A stretch of DNA of 64,000 nucleotides from the NCBI GenBank assembly GCA_951406725.2, contig OX597815.1, positions 55,862,001 to 55,926,000 of the forward strand. Direction: 5' to 3'. Both the position numbers and the translations under genes were made by a program. Positions 14,171-28,672 of the stretch are shown piece after piece; positions within the stretch are counted from its first letter, which is position 1; each line of letters begins with the position of its first letter. The stretch is from Octopus vulgaris (lineage: Eukaryota). A model generated the notes under the pieces. That model made no database searches. It saw nothing but the letters and a program-made list of their open reading frames with translations, and was not told the DNA's origin.

Positions 14171-15192
14171 AAAACAAAAAATCGCTGCTGTGTAGTTTGT
14201 GTTACTGCAAACTCGTAACAAGTGTTGATATTTTTCATTGATTAGTTATTATAATTTTGTAATTACATCAAGAAGTGACTGAAACTTTAATTTATTTATT
14301 ATAACTTTTATAATATAATAAATTATAGTATAATTTTTCATAAATAAATTATTATTTATATAAGAACTTTGACCTTTTCAGTTCTATGACCATTGTGTCA
14401 CCCTAAACATGTCTGTGTAAGAGAGAGAGAGAACGAAAGAGAGTACAATATTGAGTGTAACAATAGCTCCAACAACACTAATAAAAATACAAAATGAAAC
14501 TACATGTGAGTGGCACAGATTGGGCAAACTTACCCATCACAGTCCCATATGAAAAATCGCATCTAAAGATCCAGTCACCTGTGGAAAAGCTCTGAGCATT
14601 ACTAAGATTGCATCCTAAACATCATGACAGACATATCGGTAAAATGTAATATCTCTAGACTGTCACACTGCACCCCATATAACTCATCACTGAAGTCAGA
14701 GTGTACCATACAGTCCTCAGTTAGATAGAAACATGGTATCACTAGATAAATAAGTCACTAGTGTAGCTCTTAGCCGTTGAACCAACTAACAGCGTGCCAT
14801 ATCCTATACTTGACTAGGTCAGATCTAGAAACATATAATGACGTCAGTAAATCTAACGAACGAGCCAACAAAAAACATTTTATGCAGTCACTCAAACTGC
14901 AAGCAATAACAACTAAATTTCTTTTCAACTAGACCTTACTGTTCAGAGAGAAGAAAAGATACATTACAGAATGTAGCGCCTAATGCATAACTTTATTACA
15001 GGCCTATAACAGGCCTACTCAGAGTAGATACAATACTAAATAACATCATAACAGCGAAACACGTCCAAACTTCCATTAAAAATAGAATGAAGAAATGCAT
15101 ATGCCAGCTGCATTGAATCATTACTGCTACTACTTTACTAATGCTGTAACTTTACTGTTGCTGCTGTCACTATTGCTGCCTCTACTGCTGCT

Positions 15193-15223
<31 letters not shown>

Positions 15224-15681
15224 ATGATGATCGCATACGTCATCTTAACTAAATTAGGTTGCTCGTCCAATACTATATGCTCCTATCTTGCCACAGCAAC
15301 TATATTTCTAGAGCACAGCACCACAATTCTTTATCCGACAAAACCACGAAATGACAATTAAAAGGAATCATAGTGATCGTTGTCGTAAACATCGCTGTCG
15401 TAAGTCGTCACACAAACCTTAGCAACGGCTTACTTTGACGTCAGAAGAATCGCCATGCTATTTCACAATATTGATTTTATGTCTAAATTTAAAACACCGG
15501 CTCTATGTTTGTGTATAGGTGTATATTTATATTGCATTATCATACGAGCACACGTATTAGAGAAAGAAAAATATTGAAAAGCAAAGGTGTCATTTGGAAA
15601 ATAAGAGAGAATAAGAAATTACTTAAAATTAACTAAAGAAAGACATACATACATACACGTATCCATATATCATACATACAA

Positions 15682-15733
<52 letters not shown>

Positions 15734-15739
15734 ACACAC

Positions 15740-15789
<50 letters not shown>

Positions 15790-15793
<4 letters not shown>

Positions 15794-17731
15794 CTGTAAT
15801 TCTTCTACTAATTTCAGTCATTTGACTGTGGCCATGCTGGAGCACCGTCTCAAAGGGATTTAGTCGAACAAATTGACCCCAGGATCGATTTCTTAAAGCC
15901 TAGTACTTGATCTATCGGTCTCATTTTGCCGAACCGGTAGTTTACGGGGACGTAAACACCAACACTGGTTGTCAAGCGGTGATAGGGAGAAGACAGAAAG
16001 TCATACACACGGTCGTTTATTGATGACGGGTAACGGCGGGGCGGGTGCAGGGAGAGAGAGCAGAAGCACGGTCCACAGAACGTTCTCTGGTGGTGAGGGG
16101 ATATCCACGAAGAATGAAGTGGTGAGCCATGAGTTGAGGCTAAGTCTCAAGGTCATGGTTGTCACTGCAGAGCCTGCGCAGACGGAGGAATTGGGAGTAG
16201 GGGATGGAGAGCTTGGTGTGGGTAGGGTGGGAGGAGAGGTTGAGATATGACTGTGAGTTGTCCTTCCTCTCTTTTGTCCAATTTTCCATCCTGCCCTCGA
16301 ATTCTGCTGCACCTTTTACAACACTTCCGTCGCCTTTCTCGACATTTTGGTCAACATACACCACTCCACTCTCACTACTTCCATCCACTAAAAACACATC
16401 TACTCACAGTCATATCTCAACCTCTCCACCCACCCTACCCACACCAAGCTCTCCATCCCCTACTCCCAATTCCTCCGTCTGCGCAGGCTCTGCAGTGACA
16501 ACCATGACTTTGAGACTCAGTCTCAACTCATGGCTCACCACTTCATTCTTCGTGGATATTCCGTGGACCGTGCTTCTGCTCTCTCTCTCCCTGCACCCGC
16601 CCTGCCGTTACCCGTCTCCCGTTTCCCCTCAACTACCACCCCTCCACCCTACCTCTCCAACGCACCATTCTCCGATCCTTCCGGCAACTCTAGTCCGACC
16701 CTTCTACTTCACACAGCTTCCCCAACCTACCCTTCTCCTCCTTCAAACGAGCCCACCTACGTGACCTCTTGGTTCACAGTTTCTTCCCTAACCCCACCTC
16801 CCAATCTGGATCGTTTCCCTGCTCCCACCCACGCTGCCGCATTTGCCCCAACCTGTCCAACACCACCATCCTCACAGACACCCATCATCGTTCCTATCAT
16901 ATCACTGACTCCTTTATATGCACTTCTAGCAACGTCATTTACTGCATCTGCTCTTTCTGTCATTCTATGTACATCGGTCAAATGGGACACCGCTTGGCTG
17001 ACCGGTTAGAGACATTAGACTCGGCAATGACACCTCGGTCTCGCATCATTTCCATTCTACCGGTCATTCATTACAACACATGTCTGTGTTTGGATTGCCT
17101 TAACACAGGGAACATCCGGACTCCCAACTTCGCCGTAAACAAGGATTAATCTTCTTCCTTCGATACTTTGCACCACATGGGCTCAAATCCACTCCCTCTT
17201 CCTCTGAATCCCCTCCTCTCTCCTCTCTTCATCTCACACCTACTTCCTCGCTTAACTCCTACCCACCTCTACTCTCTTGCCCTGATACCTACTTCCTCTC
17301 TTCAGTTCTCACTACACAGTCCACCCCCACCACCCCACCCCACACATCCCACTTCTACATAACCACCCTTACCCTCACATCCTCACCCCAAACCCACACT
17401 CCACCCTCCCATCCCAACACTCCACCCTTGGATGTGGGTAGGATGGGAGAAGAGGCTGAGATATGACTGTGAGTAGATGTGTTTTTAGTGGATGGAGGTA
17501 GTGAGAGTGGAGTGGTGTATGTTGACCAAAATGTCGAGAAAGGCGACGGAAGTGTTGGAATATATATATATTTATACGACGGGCTTCTTTCACTTTCCCT
17601 CTACTAAATCCACTCACAAGGCTTTGATCGGCCCGAGGTTATAGTGAAAGACTCTTGCCCAGTGAGACTGAAGCTGGGACCATGTGATTCGGAAGAATAA
17701 TGCGTCTTATCACACAGCCACGCCTGCGCCT
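15790..17731 (-). mobile_element. Same SINE family, split by a Neptune-related fragment
   Basis: Head 17570-17731 and tail 15790-15990 in reverse orientation flank the PLE fragment. Confidence 0.75.
16020..17560 (+). pseudogene. 5'-truncated Neptune-related PLE (RT thumb + GIY-YIG) with inverted partial duplications
   Basis: SYLNLSS...HTKLSIPYSQFLRLRRLCS, CSHPRCRIC and CTSSNVIYCICSFCHSMYIGQ. Segments ~16020-16258 and ~17435-17558 are inverted copies of internal parts. Confidence 0.85.
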
Positions 17732-18451
17732 ATATATATATATACACACATATATATACGCATCTATATTATAGAGAGAGATAAATATACATACATACAT
17801 ACATACATACATACATACATACATACATACATACATACATACATACATACATACCTGTAGATATATACACTTTATTAAAGACAATTTGACGTTGTTCCAG
17901 TTTATTCAACTGTAGAATTGAGTTACGACGACACTGGTGCCAAGCTGTATCGGCCTTTGCCTTTCCTTTGGATAACATCAGCAGCGTGAAGTGGGGAGGC
18001 TGGTATACATGAGCGACAGCTGGTCTTCTATAAACAACCTTGCTCGGACTTGCGCCCCGGAGGGTAACATTCGAGAGGCAATCCCGTGGTCATTCACGAG
18101 CGAAGGGGGTTACGCCTTTATATATGTATACATGTGTGTGTGTGTGGACAAGATAGATAGATACTAGCAGAGATACCCCATAATGTACTGAATTAAAATG
18201 GCGTAGTTTTTTATTGTTTTACTTGGGTCGGTCATGTGACTGGGGCTATACTGTAGCCTTGCCTTTGATCGAAGAAATCGACCCAGCATTCATTCTTTGT
18301 AACTCTAGTACTTATTTTATCGCTGTGTTTTGGCAAACGGCTAAGTTACGTGGACCTAAACATAGCAACATCGGTCCTGAAGTGATGGTTGGGGTACAAA
18401 CAGAGACACACATACACACACTCACACCCACCCACACACATATACACATAA

Positions 18452-18517
<66 letters not shown>

Positions 18518-18562
18518 CATACATACATACATATACACATGTATAAATATACATACATATAT

Positions 18563-18730
18563 GTAGGAGTGGCTGTGTGGTAAGTAGGTTGCTAACCAAC
18601 CACATGGTTCCGGGTTCAGTCCCACTGCGTGGCATCTTGGGCAAGTGTCTTCTGCTATAGCCCCGGGCCGACCAATGCCTTGTGAGTGGATTTGGTAGAC
18701 GGAAACTCAAAGAAGCCTGTCGTATATATG

Positions 18731-18765
<35 letters not shown>

Positions 18766-18978
18766 TTGTGTGTCTGTGTTTGTCCCCCTAGCATTACTTG
18801 ACAACCGATGCTGGTGTGTTTATGTCCCCGTCACTTAGCGGTTTAGCAAAAAGAGACCGATAGAATAAGTACTAGGCTTACAAAGAATACGTCCCGGGGT
18901 CGAGTTCCTCGACTAAAGGCGGTGCTCCAGCATGGCCACAGTCAAAATGACTGAAACAAGTAAAAGAGTAAAAGAGTA
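18563..18978 (+). mobile_element. Full-length SINE copy
   Basis: Highly similar to 10286-10700. Confidence 0.85.
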
Positions 18979-19453
18979 TATATACTCATATATATATACA
19001 CTTACATATATACATATATATAGATGTATATACATATGTATATATATATATACATATATATATAAACATGTATATTCAAAGATGCATAAATATACATTTA
19101 TATACATATATATATACATGTATATGCACATGTATATATATATACGTATATATATTGGAAGGTTTGGAGATGATGTACAGGTATTTTATATTAGAAGAAA
19201 TGAGGTACTCAGAAAATCGGATGGTTTATATTTACAGATAATTATTTGTATATTACATTTTTTATACATCATAAAACTTAGATCGTGTATTAGCGCTTTC
19301 TCCCATTCTAGTGGGGTTTTCAAATCAAACTAAGTTCCTGTGTGAAAAGTTTTGACCATTTTATAGTGGTATTGAGTTTGTAGTGGTGGGGAGGAATATA
19401 AGACAGTACAAGAGGGTGATGTATGAGGAGAAAGTGAGAGAGAGAGAGCATGT

Positions 19454-19518
<65 letters not shown>

Positions 19519-19832
19519 CGTGTGTGTGTGTGTTTTTGTATTTGGAATGTGTGCTAAAGAAAAAGAGGGGAAAGGAGAGGGAAGAAGAAGAAAAGAATTT
19601 TTTGCTCTGCACGACAGGATACTTACTCCAAGGGGGTGGGTCTAAGATCTTGGGGAAAAGAATTTCAGTTTTGACCATTTCATAGTGTTATTGAGTGTGT
19701 GGTGGCGGGGAGGTAGACCATAAATTTTATTTCTTTTAATCCTTGTCAGTGAGAGCGTGTGTGTTGAATGAGAGATGGTCAAATGGATTTTTGGGCTTAG
19801 AGAAGAATTCTTTTAATGATTGTTTTGTGGAG

Positions 19833-19864
<32 letters not shown>

Positions 19865-19934
19865 ATGGGGGTGTCTGTGAGTTTGGAGAAGGGAAGAGAG
19901 GAAGAAGGAGAAATAAGTGTGTTGATATTTATAC

Positions 19935-19979
<45 letters not shown>

Positions 19980-20333
19980 CATATACATAAAATATTAGAA
20001 AAAAACATCTTTTATCAATTCAAAATGAACAATTAAATTACACCATCTAGAAAATTGCGTACATATATATGTATGTATATATGTATGTATACATCTTTAT
20101 ATATGTATACATATATATATACATGTATATATATATATATATACATACATATGTATACACAATACATATATCTATATATAAATATAGATATCAGATGTTG
20201 CTACACATCGCTGGTCACAATGCGCTTCGCATTGTTTTAGCCTTCAATGACGCCACCCCGCGGGCTAAGCGAGCAGGCCAATATATGTATATATACACAC
20301 ATATATATGCGTATATATACACATATATATATG

Positions 20334-20404
<71 letters not shown>

Positions 20405-20406
<2 letters not shown>

Positions 20407-23400
20407 CGGGAAGCTTTATGAAAATAGACAAAAGACGAAGGCAGGTGGAAAACAAACAAACAATTGTATTAGTATGGCGCTCAGGAAATATAAATAAAAC
20501 AAGTCTTTAACGTTTCGAGCCTACGCTCTTCAACAGAAAGATACACAGAGAAAAAAAAACACAGAAAGAAGGAGAGAAAAAAATGCGTGCAGTAACTAAC
20601 GAATCAACATGGCGATCTGATTTCGGCCAGAAGTCAAAGATCAAACATGAGACGCGAGAGCGAAATTAGGGGAGATAATAGGGTTGAATGACCTACTCCA
20701 ACATAAGGGGTGTGTGTGTGTGTGTGTGTATGAGAGAGTATTAGTGCGTATGAGAGGTCTGGACGTGTGTATGTATAGGGTTGGTGTATGTATTAGTATG
20801 TATTAGTATGTATTAGTATGTATTAGTTGGTGTATGTATTAGTATGGCACATCATATATGATGTGATGTGTAAAGTCGTGTGGTGTAGTGTGGAGAGAGG
20901 AGAAGAGGGGAAGGGGGAGAAGAGGGGAGGAAGGGGGAGGAGGAAGGAGGAAAGAGGGAGAGGGAGAGGGGGAGAGAGAAGGGGAGTGAGGGAGCAGAGG
21001 GAAGGGGAAGAGGGAAGGGGAAGAGGGAAGGAGGGAGGGAGAAAGAGGGAAGAAGGGAAGGGGAGTAGGGGTGAAAGGATGAAGGACTGAAGAGAAGTAG
21101 GGGTCGGGGGGAAAGTAGGTGAGGAGGGGGGAGAGGGGGGTTAGATGAGGAGGGGGGAGAGTTGAGACCAAATGGCGTATAAGAGCGAAGAGAGAAGATT
21201 AATTCCTGTTCACGGCGCAAACGGGAATCCGGATGGCCTCTGTGTAAGGACAAACCGAACACAGACAGGTGTTGCAAGGAGTGACCGGTGGAGCGGAAAT
21301 GGCGTGAGACCGGTGTGTCGTTCGCAAGGTGGATGTCACGAAGGTGTTCCGCGAACCGGTCAGCCAAGCGGCGTCCCGTTTGTCCGATGTACAAGGAATG
21401 GCAGAGAGAGCAAGAAACGCAATAGTTAATATTGCTGGAGGTGCAGGTGAAGGACTTGATGATGCGATAGGGTCAATGATGGGTGCTAGTGAGGAGGGTG
21501 GTGTTGGAGAGGTAAGGGCAAGTGCGGCAACGTGGGCGGGAGCAGGGGAACGAGCCGGGTTGGGAGGTAGGGTCAGGGAAGGAGCTATGGACCAAAAGGT
21601 CTCGAAGGTTGTGGGCTCGTTTGAAAGAAGGGAGGAGTCGGTTAGGGAAGAGGTGTGAAGTGGACGGGTCGGACTGGAGATGACGGAAAGCTCGAAGAAT
21701 GGTGCGTTGGAGAGGTAGGGTCGTGGGGTGGTAAGTGAGGGGAAAAGGGAGGCGGGAGACTACAGGGCGGGTTCGGGGAGAGAGGGCAGATACAAGTCCA
21801 CGGACCGTGCTCTGGCAAGGGCGGTGTGGATAGTGGTGAGGGGGTATCCACGTAGGGTGAAGTTGTGAGCCATACGTTGAGACTGAGTCTCAAAGTCATG
21901 GTCGTCACTACAGAGCCTACGTAGACGGAGGAATTGGGAATAGGGGATGGAAAGCTTGGTGTGTTCTGGGTGGGAGGAAGAGAAGTTGAGGTATGAGTGT
22001 GAGTCTGTGTGTTTGTAGTGAATGGAGGTGGTAAGAGTGGAGTGAAGAATGCTAACCGAAATGTTGAGGAAGGAGACAGAGGTGTTGGAGATAGTGGAAG
22101 TGAAGTGGAGGGCTGGATGGAAAGATTGGACGAAAGAGAGGAAGGAATCTAGATGTTCACGGGAGAGTGAGGTGGCACCGATAATGTCGTCAATGTAACG
22201 ACCATATAGTTCAGGAGTGGGACCAGTGAAATTAGAGAATATTTGGGCCTCAACATAGCCAACGAACAGGTTCGCATAGTTGGGGCCCATTCGCGTTCCC
22301 ATGGCCACTCCCGAGACCTGATGGTAGAACTCGCCCGCGAACGAGAAGCAGTTCAGAGTAAGGACAAGTTCGGCCAGACGAATGAGTGTGGAGGTGTCAG
22401 GTTCAGGGTTGGAGCGGAGGTCAAGAAAGTGTCGAAGGGCCTGCAGTCCTTCGTGGTGAGGGATAACAGTATAGAGGCTTTGGATGTCCGTAGTAAAAAG
22501 GATTTTGGAGGAGCCGGGAGGAAAGGAGAAAGAGTTGAAAAGCCGGAGAGCATGGTTGGTATCGTGGATGTGGGAGGGAAGAGATGCCACTAGGGGGCAA
22601 GGACACGGTCGAGGTATTTAGAGATGAGCTCCGTGGGGCAGTTACAGGCGGAGACGATGGGGCGGCCAGGGTTGTTGGGTTTGTGGATTTTGGGGTGGAA
22701 GTAAATGGTGGGGGTACGTGGGGTTCGCACAATTAGGTTGGATGTGGTGTGGGGGAGACGGGAGGACGAGATGAGGTCTTGGACAGTAGAGGATACCGTC
22801 TGTTGGTAGCTACGTATCGGGTTAGAGGGCAGAGGGGAGTAGAAGGAGGTGTCATTGAGTTGGCGGAAAACCTCGGCCCTATAGAGGTCCGCGCGCCACA
22901 CCACTACAGCTCCACCCTTGTCAAGCGGTTTGATGATAATGTCAGCGCGCCGTTGGAGGGAACGAAGAGCCAAGACCTCAGCCGGGGAGATGTTGAGGCG
23001 GCGTTGGCGCCTGGAGAAGTTGAACCTCTCCAATGCACGCTGACAAGCGCCCGCGAAAAGATCCACTGCTAGGAACTGGCCAGGGGCAGGCGTCCACGGG
23101 GATGGTCGGCGGCCCAGGCCCGTGAAGCAGTCCTCTTCGTTGGGTGTGGGTGGTGAGTCGTGGTAATGCGCACCCAACCGGACGCGGCGCACAAAGCTGT
23201 GGACATCAACTCGCGTCTGGAATTCCTTACAGGATGGAGTGAGGGGGATGAAACGCAGACCCCTACTAAGGACGGAGCGTTCAGCCGCAGAGAGGGGAAG
23301 ATCGGGGGGAATGGTAACAACAGACGGAAGTGGAGAGGGGGGTGGAATAGAAGTAGGAGGGGTGGTAGGTCTCGTGGAGGTCTGAGGGGGAGGGATTGGG

Positions 23401-25201
23401 GAGGTGTGTGGGGGTGGTTGGGGGCAGTAGGGTTAGGTGTAGGTGGATGGAGCCTATCAGGAGGGGAGAAGGGGTTGTAGGGAGGGGCAGTGGGGTTAGG
23501 TGTGGGTGGATGGAGCCTATCGGGAGGGGAGAAGGGTAGTGGAGGAGTTGGGGTAGTGGTACGAAGTTTGGTATCGGAAAGAAATTGATGGAAGAGGTGA
23601 TTCAAATGGATAATGAAGCGTATCGTGTTTGGAGCATAGAGAGGCGGCAGAGAGGAGAAGAATGTGGAGAAAGCAGGAGGAAGAAGGCGGTTGATGGTAT
23701 GTAGTTTAGAGAGATTGGAGCGAATGGTGGCCCGCATAAGGCGGTAAGATGTGGTGCGGAGTATGGGTAAGATGGAAGAATCCGAGTGGAGAGCAGTGTG
23801 GAAGTGGAGGCGGAAACCTTTAGGGATGAGTCGGTGATGTAGGCAGCGGCTTAGGAAAGAGACATGGCTAGAGAAGCGGTTTTTTTAAAAAAGAAGTAGA
23901 GAGAGATTAACGGACGGCTGAAGGCAGTTTACGGGAAGAGACGGAGATGATCCTTCACACGATGATGGAGGGTGAGGAGGTAGGACCTAGGATCCGGCAT
24001 GATGGGATAGCGGAAAAAAAACAAACGTTCGAAAAAACAAAAAATTATCGTATGAAAAAAATAGATAAAAAAGGATAGCGAAAGAAAAGGGGAAAAACAA
24101 ACGTTCGAAAAAAAACAACAAAAAAAATAATCGTGAAAAAACTAGATAAGTAAGCGATAGGAGCAGAAAATAAAGGCGGAAAAGACGGGGCAAACGGAAA
24201 AGGGAAAGAAAGAAGGGAAGCAGAGAGAGAGGGAGGCAAAAAAGGGGGTGCAGGCAGAGGAAACAGAGTATGGACATCCAGAGAGCGAAGAAAGACGGAA
24301 AGGAGAACAAAAATGCAGGAAAATGTGGAAAGCATGAAATGAATGTAAAAAAGTGGTAATATATGAGAAAATAAAAATACAACAAACGGGACAGTTTATG
24401 CGAACAAGTTCAAGGTTGAGAGTTCAAGGTTAGAAATGTATAGACGTCGTGGTATATTTTTTAAGGATTTCACATCAATAACATAGTCACTTTGATCCGC
24501 GAAAGAGAGGTGCAGCCAATGGTAAGTATCCAAGAGGTAAAGAAAATCCAAGGTAGAGGTAAGTGTTGATAGTGGTATTGGTAGAATATAGGATGAAAGT
24601 GAGACCACGTGAGCGCGTAATATATAACGGGAAGCTTTATGAAAATAGACAAAAGACGAGGCAGGTGGAAAACAAACAAACAATTGTATTAGTATGGCGC
24701 TCAGGAAATATAAATAAAACAAGTCTTTAACGTTTCGAGCCTACGCTCTTCAACAGAAAGATACACAGAGAAAAAAAACACAGAAAGAAGGAGAGAAAAA
24801 AATGCGTGCAGTAACTAACGAATCAACATGGCGATCTGATTTCGGCCAGAAGTCAAAGATCAAACATGAGACGCGAGAGCGAAATTAGGGGAGATAATAG
24901 GGTTGAATGACCTACTCCAACATAAGGGTGTGTGTGTGTGTGTGTGTGTATGAGAGAGTATTAGTGCGTATGAGAGGTCTGGACGTGTGTATGTATAGGG
25001 TTGGTGTATGTATTAGTATGTATTAGTATGTATTAGTATGTATTAGTTGGTGTATGTATTAGTATGGCACATCATATATGATGTGATGTGTAAAGTCGTG
25101 TGGTGTAGTGTGGAGAGAGAAGAGGGGGAGGGGAGGGGGGGAGAGGGGGAAGGGGGGAGAGAGGGGAGAAGGAGGGGGAGGGGAGGAGGAAGGAGGAAAG
25201 A

Positions 25202-25203
<2 letters not shown>
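20405..25203 (-). mobile_element. Decayed full-length Neptune PLE with 3' pLTR and upstream partial tandem pLTR
   Basis: Reverse complement of the 52.7-58.5 kb element. ATG at 24000; ORF broken into pieces by frameshifts and stops (YIDD and GIY-YIG retained). pLTRs at 20405-~21000 and 24626-25203 carry hammerhead-like motifs (20504-20541, 24724-24761). (TA)n on both flanks. Confidence 0.92.
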
Positions 25204-25262
<59 letters not shown>

Positions 25263-25285
25263 CACATATATATGTATATACATAT

Positions 25286-25901
25286 ATTGGGTTGTCCGGA
25301 AAGTTCGTGCCGATTTATAGTAGCTTACCTTTCGACTTATTTTAGAACATGGTTGAGTCCATAAAATAGGATTTGACTACACCTTCATTTAGAGTACAGT
25401 TTAATCTATCTTTTCGTGGAAGAAGGTTTATGTTCCTATAACCTGCGTTAATTCTGTAACCCTTTAAAATGGAAGATAAGAAAGTTCATTTTCGGCACTT
25501 GATGCTCTTCTTTTTCTGTTAAGGGATAAATGCCACACAAGCAACCAAAGAAATATGCGCAGTTTTCGGTGATGTTTCTTTATCCGAAAGAACTGTACGG
25601 AAGTGGATCGCAAGGGTCCGAGCTGGAGATTGTAGCCTTATTGATAAAGAGCGATCAGGCAGACCATCCACTACAGATGATGACCAAATCAAGTCATTAA
25701 TTGAGAATAACCCACATTGCACAACCCGAGAATTGGCAGAAAGCCTCAGCCTATCAAAATCCGTCGTTCATGAGCACCTGGTAAAGCTTGGGTACACAAA
25801 TCGCTACGATGTTTGGGTACCACATGAGTTGAGTGAGAAGAACCTTTTGGATCGCATTTCCACCTGTGATTCGCTTTATAAACGGAATGAAAACGTGCCT
25901 T
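25286..25901 (+). pseudogene. 5' half of a mariner (mellifera-like) element
   Basis: TA plus TIR-like TTGGGTTGTCCGGAAAG. ATG 25469 MEDKKVHFRHLMLFFFC* ... ERSGRP ... WVPHEL; truncated before the DDD domain. Confidence 0.85.
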
Positions 25902-26452
25902 TGTATATACGTATATATACAAATAGAAATTTATATGTATATATATATATGTATGTCGTTCATAAAAAATTCTGCGTTCGCAATACTTTTTTTCGTTCGG
26001 CGTTAACAGCCTTTCTTATCTTGTATTTCATTGTCCTGTCTTTTACTGTTTATAATTTGCACTGTCGTTACTGTCCTGTTTTTGCTACCAAATTTGACCC
26101 CTCTGCGAAAAGATCTCAGAATTTTAATTGATTTGCTTTTCGCAGGAAGGAAAGTTTCTTGTCGAAGATACGTCTCGCTTTTACCCCTCGAAACGTAGAG
26201 TAGATGAAACCTTTAGCGACTGAAGAAGGGTTTTTTTCTTTGTGTTAATTGTCCTGTACTCTATTTTTTTTTTTTGCTGTTTTTAAAAAAAAATGTCCAG
26301 TTCCTTTGGTTTGTGTCTATGTTTTCGTTTCTCATTGTGTTCGACGTCCTTTTGGTGTCCTGTACTCATATATGCGTGTATATGTACATGTAGAGGTAGG
26401 TACGTACATATATGTTTATATATATGCATATGTTTTATTTTATTTATTAATG

Positions 26453-26499
<47 letters not shown>

Positions 26500-26501
<2 letters not shown>

Positions 26502-26991
26502 GTGAAATAGAAAGATGAATAATCTTGTAGCAGATTAATCAAAAGTTTAACCGATACCTTGGTAGCAAAAATCACAGCAGAAGACAGCACGGTTGGAGGT
26601 ACAACCATATGGTGTTGCAACCGTGCGTTGGTGCGGATAATTGAATTTTAATATTATTGGTGAATTGAAGAAATGGAGCTGAACGAAGATTGAACAGAAA
26701 TCGTTTTATTTCATTCTACACGTGTTTCGAAAGGCACAATTTACCAAAATCCGATTGAATAATGAGACCATATTGTGTCTTTCTCTTCAGGAAGAAATAG
26801 GAAATCCGTTGGAAAAAACAAAAACAGAACAGAGGCGGAGCAAAACAAGTCGAACTAGGCTCCTAAGAGCCCATGGCAAATCGAACTAGGCTCCTAAGAG
26901 CCCATGATAAATTGTGCCTTTCGAAACACGTGTAGAATGAAATAAAACGATTTCTGTTCAATCTTCGTTCAGCTCCATTTCTTCAATTCAC

Positions 26992-27000
<9 letters not shown>
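26500..27000 (-). mobile_element. PLE pseudo-LTR remnant with inversion, embedded in (TA)n
   Basis: 26651-26743 is inverted at 26908-27000; contains a hammerhead; TA arrays on both sides. Confidence 0.65.
26708..26798 (-). ncRNA. Type I hammerhead ribozyme with long stem II
   Basis: ttc-CTGAAGA-GAAAGACACAAT...ATTGTGCCTTTC-GAAA-CACGTG-TA-gaa; palindromic stem III. Confidence 0.7.
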
Positions 27001-27054
<54 letters not shown>

Positions 27055-27790
27055 TTATACACATACATCTGTATATATTCATCTATACATATACATCTAT
27101 AAATATACATCTATATATATGCATATATACGAATCTATATATACAAAACTGAGAATGTGTGTCTGTCTGTGTGAATCCCTAAAACTTGAGAACTACACAA
27201 CCAATTTCATTCAAATTTTACACATGCCTTACTTAGGGTCCGGGGAGTGTCATGGGCAAAAGATTTCTAACTTCTTGCCTAGGGCGAGCCCACAGCAATA
27301 TCATATCTTCTCCACTATTTCAGTATTACGTGTTAAAAGTGAAACAAAATCATCTCTCTAGTGTAATGTCAGATACTTTCACTTTAATACTGAAACTATT
27401 AAAGTCAAACTATTATATAAGAGGGATGAACAATTAACAGTGGACATCCATTTTGCTAGAAGAAGATCCGCTATGGTCTTATATGCTACACCACTGGTTT
27501 TCAATTCATATTAATCAAATTAATATTCAATTTATCATCCTTATATATGTGTTTTGGAATGAAGTTTGTTGCCACACAGCTACACCTGCATCTATGTATA
27601 TGTGTGTGTGTGTGTATGTGTGTATAGCTGTATATGTATACATTTATTTCTATACATATAGATGTATATGTATACATGTATATGTGTAGATGTATATATA
27701 TATAGATGTACATATAATATGTACACATATATATATTCACATATATACATGCATACATATATACACCCATACACGCCTACACACATACAT

Positions 27791-28560
<770 letters not shown>

Positions 28561-28625
28561 AAAAAGCACTACGCTGCGTCTCATATTTTTGTTTGCATAC
28601 TCAGTTGTATCTATCAATTTATCTT

Positions 28626-28672
<47 letters not shown>

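Noticed and set aside
19285-19330. Minus-strand hammerhead-like TTGAAAA-CCCA..TGGG-AGAAAGCGCTA
   Set aside because: Core too divergent and stem I weak; at most a decayed pLTR
26150-26235. CTCGAAACGTA / CTGAAGAAG fragments suggesting a hammerhead
   Set aside because: The elements are not in a foldable order with complementary stems
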